Shown here one piece after another: positions 28,608-38,072 of a DNA stretch of 64,000 nucleotides. The stretch is taken from NCBI GenBank assembly GCA_002423155.1, contig DIUV01000044.1:62278-126277 (forward strand), given 5' to 3'. Position numbers and translations under genes: made by a program. Positions within the stretch are counted from its first letter, which is position 1. The number at the start of each line of letters is the position of its first letter. This DNA comes from Alphaproteobacteria bacterium UBA6149 (lineage in GTDB: Bacteria; Pseudomonadota; Alphaproteobacteria; Rickettsiales; UBA998). The notes beneath the pieces were generated by a model, which saw only the letters and a list, made by a program, of their open reading frames with translations, had not been told where the DNA came from and made no database searches.

Positions 28608-29159
28608 TTAAGCAGCAGCTTTCTCTTTTTCGTTCTGGCTACGCAAAACTTTTAGCAAACGATCAGAAGCTTCTTTAGAATCAATGCTTTCTGCCGCAGC
28701 AACTTCGCCAGCTAAACGACCAAGTGCAGATTCATAAATCATCCGTTCGCTGTAAGAACGCTCCGACTGATCAACATTTTTGTGCAAGTCACGCACAACT
28801 TCGGCAATAGAAAGAATGTTGCCTGAATTGATTTTTGCTTCATATTCCTGTGCACGACGGCTCCACATGCCGCGAGAAGTTTTTGCTTTTCCTTTCAAAG
28901 TTTTGATAGCTTTTTGGATTTGCACTTCGTCGCTGATATGGCGCAAGCCAGCAGCGGCGGCGCGGTGCATTGGCACGCGCAAAGTCATTTTTTCTTTTTC
29001 AAAGAAAATAACGAACAAAGTTAATTCAATTTCACCGATTTTCTGAGTTTCCACCCCTGTAATTTTGCCCACACCATGAGTAGGATATACAACAAAATCA
29101 TTCACGTTAAATACATCACGCACCGCGTTTTCATTGCACACAGTATTCTCGATTGTCAT
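28608..29159 (-). CDS. carD: CarD/CdnL-family transcriptional regulator
   Basis: VVYPTHGVGKITGVE...MTLRVPM in the N-terminal RNAP-interacting domain; 183 aa. Confidence 0.9.
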   Translation of the reverse strand: MTIENTVCNENAVRDVFNVNDFVVYPTHGVGKITGVETQKIGEIELTLFVIFFEKEKMTLRVPMHRAAAAGLRHISDEVQIQKAIKTLKGKAKTSRGMWSRRAQEYEAKINSGNILSIAEVVRDLHKNVDQSERSYSERMIYESALGRLAGEVAAAESIDSKEASDRLLKVLRSQNEKEKAAA

Positions 29160-29429
29160 ATTATTCCCCTTTTAAAAATTATCTCCGTCTCCAATCCAAT
29201 AAAGATTGGCGGAATTTAGCGTTGACTGGCACGCTCACCATTTTTTAAAAAACACACAGAAAACATCAGAGCAATACCCACGAGCAGCTCTGTGTTGACG
29301 TGGCAAATATGACACAAAATTGAGCAAAAAGAAACCATAAAATACAATTTTTCTAAAGTTTTATTCAAACTGGCGGACATTTGCTTTTAACCCTTTATAG
29401 AATTAGAAGTTAAACTCCTTTTATTTCTC

Positions 29430-29462
29430 GCCGCACGGGCGGCGGGCTTGCAGTTGCAAGCC
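29430..29462 (+). repeat. REP-like double hairpin (family F), copy 1
   Basis: GCCGCACGGGCGGC followed by GGCTTGCAGTTGCAAGCC. Related copies lie at 51845-51877 (+) and 33670-33703 (inverted). Confidence 0.7.
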
Positions 29463-29539
29463 TGTGTATAGTGCTTCAATTTTAGTGAAATTTAAAAGGG
29501 AGAAGCACTATAAACTGTAAAAACCGAAGGATTTCCGCT

Positions 29540-30538
29540 ATGCAGCACGATTATAAAAACCTTACCGCCACTTACGATGTTTTGGGGATTGGCAGTGCAA
29601 TTGTTGATATTTTAGCCTTAGTGGAGGATGAATTTCTGATTCGTGAGGCGCTCGACAAAGGTGGCATGTGCCTGATTGATGCAAAACGGGCGAATGAATT
29701 ATATGAAAGCCTTGGTCAATGCACCGAATGTTCGGGTGGTTCGGTTGCCAATAGCTTGGCGGCAATTGCCTCATTAGGCGGTAAATCGGCTTTTATTGGT
29801 CGGGTGCATGAAGATGCGCTGGGGAAAATTTTTACCCATGATATGCGCTCAGTAGGGGTGGATTATACCACCGCACCTGCCAAACACGGCAAACCCACTG
29901 CGCGTTGTATGGTGTGTGTAACTCCTGATGCACAGCGAACCATGGCAACTTATATTGGTGCCTCGTGTGAACTTAACACTACGGATATTGACGCACAAAA
30001 AATTGCTGATTCATCTATTATCTATGTAGAGGCTTATTTATGGGACTTGCCCGAAGCCAAAGACGCCATCCGCCAAGCGTTTGCCGAGGCAAAAAAAGCT
30101 GGTCGCAAAATAGCCTTTACCTTGTCTGACTCCTGGTGCGTAGATCGCCACCGCGCTGATTTCCTGGATTTTATTGCCGAATGCGTGGATGTATTATTCG
30201 CCAATGAGCATGAAATTTGCGCTTTATTTGAAACCGATGATTTAGAGCTAGCCTTAGAGAAAATTACTCCATTAGTTGATGTTACCGCGGTTACTTTAGG
30301 GGAAAGAGGTAGTATTGTTTTGCAAGACCAACAACGAAATGACATTCCCGCACAAAATATCAGCAAATTAATCGACAGTACTGGCGCTGGTGATTTATTC
30401 GCCGCAGGCTTTTTATATGGCATCACCCAAGGTTGGAGCCTATATGAAAGTGCGGCATTAGGAAATTCCTGTGCAGCGGAGATTATTCAACAATTGGGGG
30501 CGCGTCCACAACGCCCATTGAATAAATTGGTCGCTTAA
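29540..30538 (+). CDS. PfkB-family kinase (adenosine kinase-like)
   Basis: VLGIGSAIVDIL N-terminus, C-terminal TGAGDLFAAGF motif; 332 aa. Confidence 0.7.
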   Translation: MQHDYKNLTATYDVLGIGSAIVDILALVEDEFLIREALDKGGMCLIDAKRANELYESLGQCTECSGGSVANSLAAIASLGGKSAFIGRVHEDALGKIFTHDMRSVGVDYTTAPAKHGKPTARCMVCVTPDAQRTMATYIGASCELNTTDIDAQKIADSSIIYVEAYLWDLPEAKDAIRQAFAEAKKAGRKIAFTLSDSWCVDRHRADFLDFIAECVDVLFANEHEICALFETDDLELALEKITPLVDVTAVTLGERGSIVLQDQQRNDIPAQNISKLIDSTGAGDLFAAGFLYGITQGWSLYESAALGNSCAAEIIQQLGARPQRPLNKLVA

Positions 30539-30544
30539 AGCGCC

Positions 30545-31747
30545 ATGCAAAAAAAGCAACTCTTGCAAATATTTCTCTTAGCATTTGCTTGTGGTTTACC
30601 GCGTCTATTAGTTGCCTCCACTTTATCTGCCCGTTTGGTGGATGCCGGGATTCAGCGCGCAGCAATTGGTTTGTTTGCTTATGTTGCTTTGCCTTATGCC
30701 TTTCATTTTGTTTGGGCGCCTTTAATGGATAATCTATCTGCACCTTTTGGTCTGGCAAGACTAGGTCGCAGAAGAGGCTGGATATTATTGACGCAAATAT
30801 TACTAGTTCCTGCCATTATATTATTAGGCATCTTACAAAACCCTATTTATTTAGCCCTTGCTGCCGTACTGGTCGCCTTTTTATCTTCCAGTCAAGACGT
30901 GGTGTCGGATGCATTTCGTGCAGAATATATTGCTAAAGAAAATCATGGAGAAGCCGCATCCTTAACAGTTTTTGGCTATCGCGTGGGTATGCTTGCATCA
31001 GGAGCTGGGGCATTGTTTCTTGCACAATATTTCAGTTGGCAATTTGCTTATTTTTGTATGGCAGCTTTGTTACCCCTAGGAATGCTAACCGTTTGGTGGG
31101 TGCATGAGCCAGAATATAAAACCGCGCCCATTATCGCCACCAGCTTAAAAGACTGGCTCCGACAAGCATTTTTAACTCCCTTCAAACAATTTGCTGGACA
31201 ACATAAAAATTGGCTGCACTTACTAGCCTTCATCATGTGCTTTCGCCTTGCAGAAGGGTTTGTCGGCTTCATGTCCACCCCGTTTTTTTTGGATATTGGT
31301 TTCAACAAAGAACAAATCGCCACCATCGCCAAACTTTATGGCTTTGGCGCAACCTTAGCAGGTACTTTCTTAGGCGGAATGTGCGTAAAATGGTTAGGCA
31401 TGAAAAACGCACTTTTAGTTAGCTCCCTCACGCAAATACTCGGCGTCGGAACTTATATATTCGTCGCTTCTTTAGGTGCCAACCAAATGGCGCTTGCCGT
31501 TGCCATCACCGCCGACAATCTCGCCGCAGGCATGGCAGGTTCCATCGGGGTTGCCTTTCTTATGGGGCTAACTAATCCCGCGCATACTGCAACTCAATAT
31601 GCACTGCTGGGCGCTTTAGCAACGTTTGCTTCCACTAGCTTAGCAGGTGGCGCTGGCTGGGTATCGCAAATTTTTGGCTGGCAGGCAATGTTTACGTTGG
31701 CAATGTTTTTGGGGCTGCCCGCGATTTGGCTGTGGCGGAAATTGTGA
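30545..31747 (+). CDS. ampG: AmpG-family muropeptide MFS permease
   Basis: 12-TM MFS protein with the FVWAPLMD motif; adjacent to ampD. Confidence 0.8.
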   Translation: MQKKQLLQIFLLAFACGLPRLLVASTLSARLVDAGIQRAAIGLFAYVALPYAFHFVWAPLMDNLSAPFGLARLGRRRGWILLTQILLVPAIILLGILQNPIYLALAAVLVAFLSSSQDVVSDAFRAEYIAKENHGEAASLTVFGYRVGMLASGAGALFLAQYFSWQFAYFCMAALLPLGMLTVWWVHEPEYKTAPIIATSLKDWLRQAFLTPFKQFAGQHKNWLHLLAFIMCFRLAEGFVGFMSTPFFLDIGFNKEQIATIAKLYGFGATLAGTFLGGMCVKWLGMKNALLVSSLTQILGVGTYIFVASLGANQMALAVAITADNLAAGMAGSIGVAFLMGLTNPAHTATQYALLGALATFASTSLAGGAGWVSQIFGWQAMFTLAMFLGLPAIWLWRKL

Positions 31748-31757
31748 GGGTTGATTC

Positions 31758-32411
31758 ATGATAAAACTTCCCTCTCCTAATTATAACCAACGACCCACTC
31801 CCATAAGTGCGTTGGTTTTTCATTATACGGGCATGCAGGATGCGGCTTCGGCTTTGGCGCGGCTTTGTGCGCAAGAGTCGCAAGTTTCGGCGCATTATGT
31901 GGTTGATGAAGCAGGCGAAATTTATCAGTTGGTGGCGGAAGAACATCGCGCATGGCATGCGGGGGTTAGTCATTGGCGCGGGAGAGATAATCTTAATGAT
32001 TTTTCGGTGGGGATAGAAATAGTTAATCCGGGGCATGAATTTGGTTATCGTCCGTTTCCGCAAACGCAGATGGAAGCGGTGGCGCAATTAAGCTTGGCGA
32101 TTATTAAGCGGCATGATATTCCTGTTTCTAACATATTGGGGCATTCCGACATTGCCCCCGCCCGCAAGCAAGATCCGGGAGAATTATTCGCGTGGAAATG
32201 GCTGGCAGAGCAAGGAGTGGGCTATTTTCCTGTGTCTTCGGGTGAACTTATGGCTAGTGAGAAACTGGCAGATTATGGATATGCCACACATTTGAATTCT
32301 CTTGTTGATGTTATTAAAGCCTTTCAACGCCGCTTTCGACCAGCCGCAATAAATGGTGAATGGGATGATGAATGTGCTGGTTTATTGGGTGCTTTACTGG
32401 GCAATTATTAA
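31758..32411 (+). CDS. ampD: N-acetylmuramoyl-L-alanine amidase (AmpD-like, amidase_2)
   Basis: HYTGM, AHYVVDE.GEIYQLV, AWHAG.S.W and GIEIVN motifs. Confidence 0.8.
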   Translation: MIKLPSPNYNQRPTPISALVFHYTGMQDAASALARLCAQESQVSAHYVVDEAGEIYQLVAEEHRAWHAGVSHWRGRDNLNDFSVGIEIVNPGHEFGYRPFPQTQMEAVAQLSLAIIKRHDIPVSNILGHSDIAPARKQDPGELFAWKWLAEQGVGYFPVSSGELMASEKLADYGYATHLNSLVDVIKAFQRRFRPAAINGEWDDECAGLLGALLGNY

Positions 32412-32477
32412 CTTGACATTAATTATTGGTTAGCATAAAGGTAAGGCTCCTTTAAAACTAAGCCCTTGGAGGCTTTT

Positions 32478-33092
32478 ATGAAAATTTTAAATCTGGTTGT
32501 GCAGTATTTTATTGGTATTCTTAAAGAAGCGTTAACGGCAATCAAGTCAATGTGTGGTTTGAAAAAGATATGCTGGTTGGAAGTGTTTCAACAAGTATTG
32601 AGGTTTTTGTTGTTGATTATCATTATATTAATCTCTTTTGTTGGGCTTTTGTCTTTTCTATTGGGGCTATCGGCTTTATTCTTGTTTCCATCCGAGCTTT
32701 TGCTCTTTAGTAGCGGTCTAAAATTGATTACCTCCAATCATGAATTAGTAGGTGTGATTGTGGTTTTTCTATTTGTGGTTTGTGGTGTTGTAGCCATGCT
32801 GTTGTGGGCGCTATGCAACCCCAGACTGTGCTGTAGTGCAAACTTGTTTTATGATTCTTGGATTTTGTTGCAGCTAACCATAAAAGTTGCGGCTAAATCT
32901 TGGGCATTTTCGTTTGTGTGCGCTATAATTGGTTTGTTGGTTGGTCTGTTAGTGTGGGCGTTGTATGATGATCAACCTGCTTTTCAATATAGCAAAGAAT
33001 TTGCCATTTATTTTACCATGGCGGCGCAAATTTTTTCGCTAATTTGGTTTCCTACAACTGTTAAAGCAATTATTCAAAGCCGAAACGCTTAA
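32478..33092 (+). CDS. hypothetical polytopic membrane protein
   Basis: The ATG at 32478 is preceded by GGAGG. It has 4-5 hydrophobic segments and no recognisable family motif. Confidence 0.4.
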   Translation: MKILNLVVQYFIGILKEALTAIKSMCGLKKICWLEVFQQVLRFLLLIIIILISFVGLLSFLLGLSALFLFPSELLLFSSGLKLITSNHELVGVIVVFLFVVCGVVAMLLWALCNPRLCCSANLFYDSWILLQLTIKVAAKSWAFSFVCAIIGLLVGLLVWALYDDQPAFQYSKEFAIYFTMAAQIFSLIWFPTTVKAIIQSRNA

Positions 33093-33171
33093 AATACATT
33101 GCTTTGTTTCACCCTTTCTTTGTGCAAACCACGCAAAGAAAGGGGTTCCTGCAACTAGCTTACTATACTCA

Positions 33172-33606
33172 CTAGAAAGACAATAACTTATACATCGCAT
33201 CAATCGCCAACAAATAACCTTGGCTGCCCAGCCCAAAAACTCCCCCCTTAGCAATGGGCGAAATGTAAGAAAAATGCCGAAATTCTTCCCGAGCGAAAAT
33301 ATTAGAAAGATGCACCTCGATGATGGGTATTTCCACGGCAGATAGCGCATCTCGCAAGGCAATTGATGTATGGCTATAGCCAGCAGGATTGATAATAATC
33401 CCCGAATATTTCTCCCGCGCGTCTTGCACCCAATTGACTAATTCGCCTTCATGGTTGCTTTGCTTACAATCTAAGTTTATAGAGAGTAAATTGGCTTTTG
33501 CGCGACATTGTTGCTCAATATCGCTCAAGGTTTCTCGTCCATAAATTTCTGGCTCTCTGGTGCCGAGTAAGTTTAGATTGGGGCCATTTAGTAACAATAG
33601 ATTCAT
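33172..33606 (-). CDS. aroQ: type II 3-dehydroquinate dehydratase
   Basis: [26 protein letters not shown], and [15 protein letters not shown]. Confidence 0.92.
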   Translation of the reverse strand: MNLLLLNGPNLNLLGTREPEIYGRETLSDIEQQCRAKANLLSINLDCKQSNHEGELVNWVQDAREKYSGIIINPAGYSHTSIALRDALSAVEIPIIEVHLSNIFAREEFRHFSYISPIAKGGVFGLGSQGYLLAIDAMYKLLSF

Positions 33607-33669
33607 GATTTTATCCTTAATATATAGAGATTCCTCTTTAAAATCACCCTAAACGGGAATCACTATACA

Positions 33670-33703
33670 AGCTTGCGACCGCAAGCTCGCCACTCGTGTG
33701 GCG
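33670..33703 (-). repeat. REP-like double hairpin (family F), copy 2, inverted
   Basis: AGCTTGCGACCGCAAGCT followed by CGCCACTCGTGTGGCG. The reverse complement aligns with the copies at 29430 and 51845. Confidence 0.6.
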
Positions 33704-33738
33704 TGAAAATAAAGAAGAAAGAAAAAAGAGTATAAAAT

Positions 33739-33939
33739 ATGCAGCTTATAGTAAATGGCGAAAAGCAAATATATGATATTTCTCTCAATATATCTGAATT
33801 ATTGACAAAATTAGCTATAGATACACGCAAAATAGCGGTAGAACGTAACTTACAAATTGTTCCCAAATCTTGCTATGGTTCCCAAAATTTGCAAGACGGG
33901 GATATAATCGAAATTGTCGCTTTCATTGGTGGAGGATGA
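33739..33939 (+). CDS. thiS: thiamine biosynthesis sulfur carrier ThiS
   Basis: 66 aa ending in GG, immediately upstream of thiG. Confidence 0.8.
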   Translation: MQLIVNGEKQIYDISLNISELLTKLAIDTRKIAVERNLQIVPKSCYGSQNLQDGDIIEIVAFIGGG

Positions 33940-33942
33940 AAA

Positions 33943-34713
33943 ATGCATGATACATTAACCATCGCAGGTAAAGAATTCAACTCGCGTTTGCTGGTTGGTA
34001 CGGGCAAATATAAAGACATGCCGCAAATGCAAGCCGCAATTGCCGCCAGTGGTGCAGAAATTGTCACCGTGGCGCTACGCAGAATGGCGCTGGCTAATGG
34101 TGGCAATATCACCGACCATTTAGACCCCAATATTTACACTTATCTACCCAATAGCGCAGGTTGCTACAATGCGGAAGACGCCATCCGCACCCTGCGTTTA
34201 GCGCGAGAAGCAGGCGGCGGTAAATTAGTAAAACTCGAAGTAATTGGTGACCCCAAAACCCTTTATCCGGATGTGGAACAAACCTTGGCTGCCGCAAAAA
34301 TCCTCGTTGCCGAAGGTTTCGACGTCATGGCTTATACTAATGATGACCCCATCATGGCAAAAAAATTAGAATTAGCTGGCTGCATCGCCATCATGCCCCT
34401 AGCTGCCCCGATTGGTTCTGGGCTGGGCATTCAAAACCCTTTAAATATTCGTTTTATCGTTGAGCAAGCTAATGTGCCAATCTTGGTTGATGCTGGAGTG
34501 GGAACCGCTTCTGACGCCGCCCTTGCCATGGAACTCGGCTGTGATGCAGTATTGATGAACACCGCAATCGCCGAAGCACAAGACCCCATAATGATGGCAC
34601 GCGCCATGAAATTAGGGGTAGAAGCAGGACGGTTGGCATTCTTAGCAGGGCGCATGCAAAAACGCGAGTTTGCCGCAGCTTCGTCACCTGAAATGGGTAA
34701 AGTAACTAATTAA
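33943..34713 (+). CDS. thiG: thiazole synthase
   Basis: 256 aa with the [15 protein letters not shown] and [11 protein letters not shown] patterns. Confidence 0.95.
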   Translation: MHDTLTIAGKEFNSRLLVGTGKYKDMPQMQAAIAASGAEIVTVALRRMALANGGNITDHLDPNIYTYLPNSAGCYNAEDAIRTLRLAREAGGGKLVKLEVIGDPKTLYPDVEQTLAAAKILVAEGFDVMAYTNDDPIMAKKLELAGCIAIMPLAAPIGSGLGIQNPLNIRFIVEQANVPILVDAGVGTASDAALAMELGCDAVLMNTAIAEAQDPIMMARAMKLGVEAGRLAFLAGRMQKREFAAASSPEMGKVTN

Positions 34714-34737
34714 TAACGCTTTTAGGATACATTATAA

Positions 34738-35199
34738 CTAGCTATCTTCTGGCTGCCGCAAAGTTTCCTTTTTAGCGATATTTTTTGTATCAATATAGCT
34801 TTTCAAGATTAGTTCAGCGGTTGCTAGCGTTAAGCTTACTTCCCCGTCAGTTTCTTTTTCTGCCATAGCGTGGCGGAATAATTCAAAGATATATAAATCC
34901 TCATCTTCTGCGCTTAATTTTGCCCAAGATTGGCGGCGAATTGCTCGCATAGCCTGTTGGCGTGCCAACAAAAATATTTGCCTATCTAACTGTATTGGGG
35001 AGGCAGAAGAAACTATTTCTGCTGGTGCGCAGCCCAATGCTTTGGATAAAGTTTCTATCCAGCCCAAGGTGAGCTGTAAACTACCATTTTCCAGCTTAGA
35101 AATCTGACTTTTCGCTTTGCCAACCGATTCCGCGAGTTGCTCTTGGGTGAGCCCTCGGGATTTGCGGAGGTTCTTAACTCTATTTTGTGTGTTTTCCAT
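34738..35199 (-). CDS. XRE-family HTH transcriptional regulator
   Basis: N-terminal HTH (LRKSRGLTQEQLAESVGKAKSQISKLENG) plus an uncharacterised C-terminal domain. Confidence 0.7.
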   Translation of the reverse strand: MENTQNRVKNLRKSRGLTQEQLAESVGKAKSQISKLENGSLQLTLGWIETLSKALGCAPAEIVSSASPIQLDRQIFLLARQQAMRAIRRQSWAKLSAEDEDLYIFELFRHAMAEKETDGEVSLTLATAELILKSYIDTKNIAKKETLRQPEDS

Positions 35200-35307
35200 G
35201 GCTATTCTTATATACTCTAATTGTTACGAATTCGTTACCATGTTAAAGAAAAAATACTTTTTATAAAAGTTTCTAAAAGGGAAATATTTTTGCAAGAATA
35301 TGAATAA

Positions 35308-35338
35308 TTGGTTAATAAATTAACTAATTATTAACCAA
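35308..35338. promoter_or_regulatory. candidate operator palindrome between the XRE gene and the divergent 92-aa ORF
   Basis: TTGGTTAATAA-N9-TTATTAACCAA, with perfect 11-bp inverted arms. Confidence 0.3.
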
Positions 35339-35388
35339 TAGCTGCGATAACATAAACACATTCACAAAACAGTCGATTTCGGTAGATT

Positions 35389-35667
35389 ATGAACAATAAT
35401 AGCAAGCAGCATAATGCATTCAATAATATAGAAGAATCAGTAATATTGCAATTTGCCGAACGGCTATTAGAAATGAGTGAGGTAGAGTTAATGGAAGCGT
35501 TTTCCACCCCCGATTATTATGCGGCACTGACGGAATTAAAGAAAAATATTAAGATAGTCATTCAGCGTCGCCAATCATCTATTCACCTACTAAAAAAAGC
35601 CTCTGCACGATTGGTAGATATGGAAAAATTAGATAATTTACATAATGAAGCACAGGATTTTGCATAA
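35389..35667 (+). CDS. hypothetical protein (92 aa)
   Basis: ORF only; divergent from the XRE regulator. Helical with no motif. Confidence 0.3.
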   Translation: MNNNSKQHNAFNNIEESVILQFAERLLEMSEVELMEAFSTPDYYAALTELKKNIKIVIQRRQSSIHLLKKASARLVDMEKLDNLHNEAQDFA

Positions 35668-35734
35668 TTGTGCGATTTAATAATAAATTTTGCTTGCACA
35701 TAGTAGGATTAATATGCAAAAAGGATGCCTTGAT

Positions 35735-35819
35735 GCGGGTGTGGCGAAATTGGTAGACGCACCAGATTTAGGTTCTGGCGCCGCAAGGCGTGGGGGTTCA
35801 AGTCCCTCCACCCGCACCA
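35735..35819 (+). tRNA. tRNA-Leu (anticodon UAG), CCA encoded
   Basis: Hand-folded cloverleaf: acceptor GCGGGTG/CACCCGC, anticodon stem CCAGA/TCTGG with loop TTTAGGT, a long variable arm, T-loop GGGGGTTCAAGTCCCTC and a terminal ACCA. Confidence 0.9.
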
Positions 35820-35853
35820 AGTTTATTTTTAGGCAGCCCTCAGCCCCAAAAAC

Positions 35854-36480
35854 ATGCAATCCATTTATTACATCCAAACTTTATACATCGCCTCTTTCGT
35901 GGGTAGCGTTGCTTTTGCCTTGTCGGGTTTTTTGGTGGGCACGCGTAAGCATCTGGATGTGATGGGGATTTTTATTCTCGCTTTTTTAACTGCCAATGGC
36001 GGCGGCGTGGTGCGTGATTTATTGGTTGGGCGTGCGCCATCCATGCTGATTAGCACAGAGCCTTTCTGGTTAACTGCGGGAGTGGTCTGTTTGGCAACAA
36101 TCTTCAAACTACAGCGCTTGGCAGGGCTGGAGCGGCGCTGGATATTTGTGGTGTGTGATGGGGTAGGGCTGGTGGCGTTTGGCGTTACGGGGGCGTTAAT
36201 TGGTCTTGAAGAGCAGGTGCATTTCTTTGGCGTGCTTACCTTGTCACTCCTCACTGCAACGGGCGGAGGTATCATCCGCGATTTATTGGTTAACGAGGTT
36301 CCCGAAGTGCTGCATGGGGATTTTTATGGTAGTATTGCCCTGTTGCTGGGCGCAGCGTTATATGTATTAAATATGTTTGGATGGATAAATCCCGGATCTA
36401 TTTTAAGCGTTTTCGCTGGCGCCTTTGCCATGCGGATATTTGCTTATAAGCAAAAATGGCGATTACCTAAGATTAAGTAA
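35854..36480 (+). CDS. TRIC/UPF0126-family cation channel (YadS/YicG-like)
   Basis: Two repeats, each with a GGG(V/I)(V/I)RD(L)L motif; 7 TM; 208 aa. Confidence 0.75.
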   Translation: MQSIYYIQTLYIASFVGSVAFALSGFLVGTRKHLDVMGIFILAFLTANGGGVVRDLLVGRAPSMLISTEPFWLTAGVVCLATIFKLQRLAGLERRWIFVVCDGVGLVAFGVTGALIGLEEQVHFFGVLTLSLLTATGGGIIRDLLVNEVPEVLHGDFYGSIALLLGAALYVLNMFGWINPGSILSVFAGAFAMRIFAYKQKWRLPKIK

Positions 36481-36491
36481 CCGCCAGAAGA

Positions 36492-36920
36492 CTAATCAAA
36501 AAAACGGTTCTTAATAGCCAGCATGGTCAAACAAGCCTCTACCGCAGCTTTGCCCTTGTTTTTGCGTGATGGCAAAGCGCGTTCCCACGCTTGTTCTTCA
36601 TTTTCTACGGTTAGTACGCCATAACCAATGGGGGCTTGCTGATAAATAGCTAGTTCGTTGATTCCCCGTGCACTTTCAATACACACATAATCATAATGGG
36701 TAGTTTCTCCGCGGATTACGCAGCCCAAAGCTACGAAGCCGTCATATAATTCTCCGCCTTCTAAAGCAAAAGCAATCGCCGCAGGAATTTCAAACGCACC
36801 AGGGACGCTGAGCACTTCAAACGTATGTCCCTGTTTTTGTAATTCTTCGCTAGCGCCTTGTACAAGGGCGGCGGTTATGTCTTTGTAGAAATCCGCCGCG
36901 ACGATTAATATATTAGCCAT
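36492..36920 (-). CDS. ribH: 6,7-dimethyl-8-ribityllumazine synthase
   Basis: 142 aa with VPGAFEIP and GETTHYDYV motifs. Confidence 0.9.
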   Translation of the reverse strand: MANILIVAADFYKDITAALVQGASEELQKQGHTFEVLSVPGAFEIPAAIAFALEGGELYDGFVALGCVIRGETTHYDYVCIESARGINELAIYQQAPIGYGVLTVENEEQAWERALPSRKNKGKAAVEACLTMLAIKNRFFD

Positions 36921-36942
36921 GATTATTATTCTCCTTTTGAGG

Positions 36943-38064
36943 TTAATACCTATTTGTAAGCGGCGTATAGCCAGATATATTTAAACCATAACCTTCTAAC
37001 CCAATAACTGCGCGTTGGGTATCAGAAAGTAGCAACATGTTTTGCACGCCTAAATCCAGCAAAATTTGTGCGCCAATGCCGTAATCACGTAAATCACGTT
37101 GGCTAGTGTTTTTATCCGCAGGTGCTTGGCGGCGGCTTAATATTTCGGAGATAGCTCCGGGGAGTGGATTGCGTAATAAAACTAAAACGCCGCAATCACT
37201 TTGGGCAATTTGCCGCAAAGCAGCTTGCAATGCACCGGTGCGCGGCTTATTTGCCTCTGCTAGCACATCATGCAGTACATCTAAGGCGTGCATTCTTACT
37301 AGAGTGGGTTTCTCAGGATGAGGAGTTCCTTTTACTAAGGCGATATGTTCGGTTTTGGTTAGGCGGTTTTGATAAACCACCATTTTGAATTCGCCGCCAT
37401 ATTCACTAACAAAATCTGTTTCTTGTACACGCTCAATCAATCTTTCAAAGCGGCGGCGATAGGCTATCAAATCGGCAATCGTGGCGATTTTTAAATTATG
37501 TTCCTTGGCAAAAGGTATCAAATCGGGCAGGCGTGCCATGCTGCCATCATCATTCATAATCTCGCAAATTACTCCTGCTGGGTTTAGCCCGGCGAGGGTA
37601 GAAATATCCACCGCTGCTTCCGTATGCCCAGCACGAACTAACACGCCACCATCACGCGCCATGAGGGGAAATACGTGCCCCGGAGAAACAATATCAGAAC
37701 TCGGGGCGGTTTTATCAATTGCCACCGCAATGGTGCGTGCACGATCGGCGGCGGAAATGCCCGTAGTTACCCCCTCACGCGCCTCAATGGAAATGGTAAA
37801 GGCGGTTTCGTGGCGCGAACCATTATGGCGTGCCATTAAAGGCAGATTCAGCTGTTCTACGCGCTCACGATTAAGCGCTAAGCAAATTAAGCCGCGCCCA
37901 TATTTCGCCATAAAATTCACGGCTTTATCATCGCAATAATTGGCTGGTATAACTAAATCACCTTCATTTTCGCGCTGCTCATCATCCACGAGGATAAACA
38001 TTTTTCCTTGTTTGGCATCGGCAATTATATCTTCAATCGGGGAGAGATGTTGAGTATGGGGCAT
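36943..38064 (-). CDS. ribBA: bifunctional 3,4-dihydroxy-2-butanone-4-phosphate synthase / GTP cyclohydrolase II-like
   Basis: The DHBP synthase N-terminus has DDEQRENEGDLV and HTEAAVD motifs. The C-terminal GCH-II-like half lacks obvious Cys ligands and may be non-catalytic. Confidence 0.85.
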   Translation of the reverse strand: MPHTQHLSPIEDIIADAKQGKMFILVDDEQRENEGDLVIPANYCDDKAVNFMAKYGRGLICLALNRERVEQLNLPLMARHNGSRHETAFTISIEAREGVTTGISAADRARTIAVAIDKTAPSSDIVSPGHVFPLMARDGGVLVRAGHTEAAVDISTLAGLNPAGVICEIMNDDGSMARLPDLIPFAKEHNLKIATIADLIAYRRRFERLIERVQETDFVSEYGGEFKMVVYQNRLTKTEHIALVKGTPHPEKPTLVRMHALDVLHDVLAEANKPRTGALQAALRQIAQSDCGVLVLLRNPLPGAISEILSRRQAPADKNTSQRDLRDYGIGAQILLDLGVQNMLLLSDTQRAVIGLEGYGLNISGYTPLTNRY

Positions 38065-38072
38065 GGTTTTTT

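Noticed and set aside
31692-32087. 131-aa minus-strand ORF overlapping the ampG end and the ampD start
   Set aside because: It is Arg/His-rich, antisense to two motif-supported genes, and has no RBS.
33112-33144. Hairpin CCCTTTCTTTG-N11-CAAAGAAAGGG between the 208-aa membrane gene and aroQ, considered as an intrinsic terminator
   Set aside because: It has a good 11-bp stem, but no U-run follows on either strand, so it is not called as a terminator.
33607-33738. TPP riboswitch upstream of thiS-thiG
   Set aside because: I looked for the conserved CUGAGA and ACCUGAUCUGGAUAAUGCCAGCG-type cores on the plus strand and did not find them. The region instead holds the family F double hairpin. An Infernal scan (RF00059) would settle it.
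35677-35962. ORFs 35677-35877 (-) and 35690-35962 (+)
   Set aside because: Both run through the tRNA-Leu gene. The downstream TRIC-family gene starts at 35854 in its own frame.
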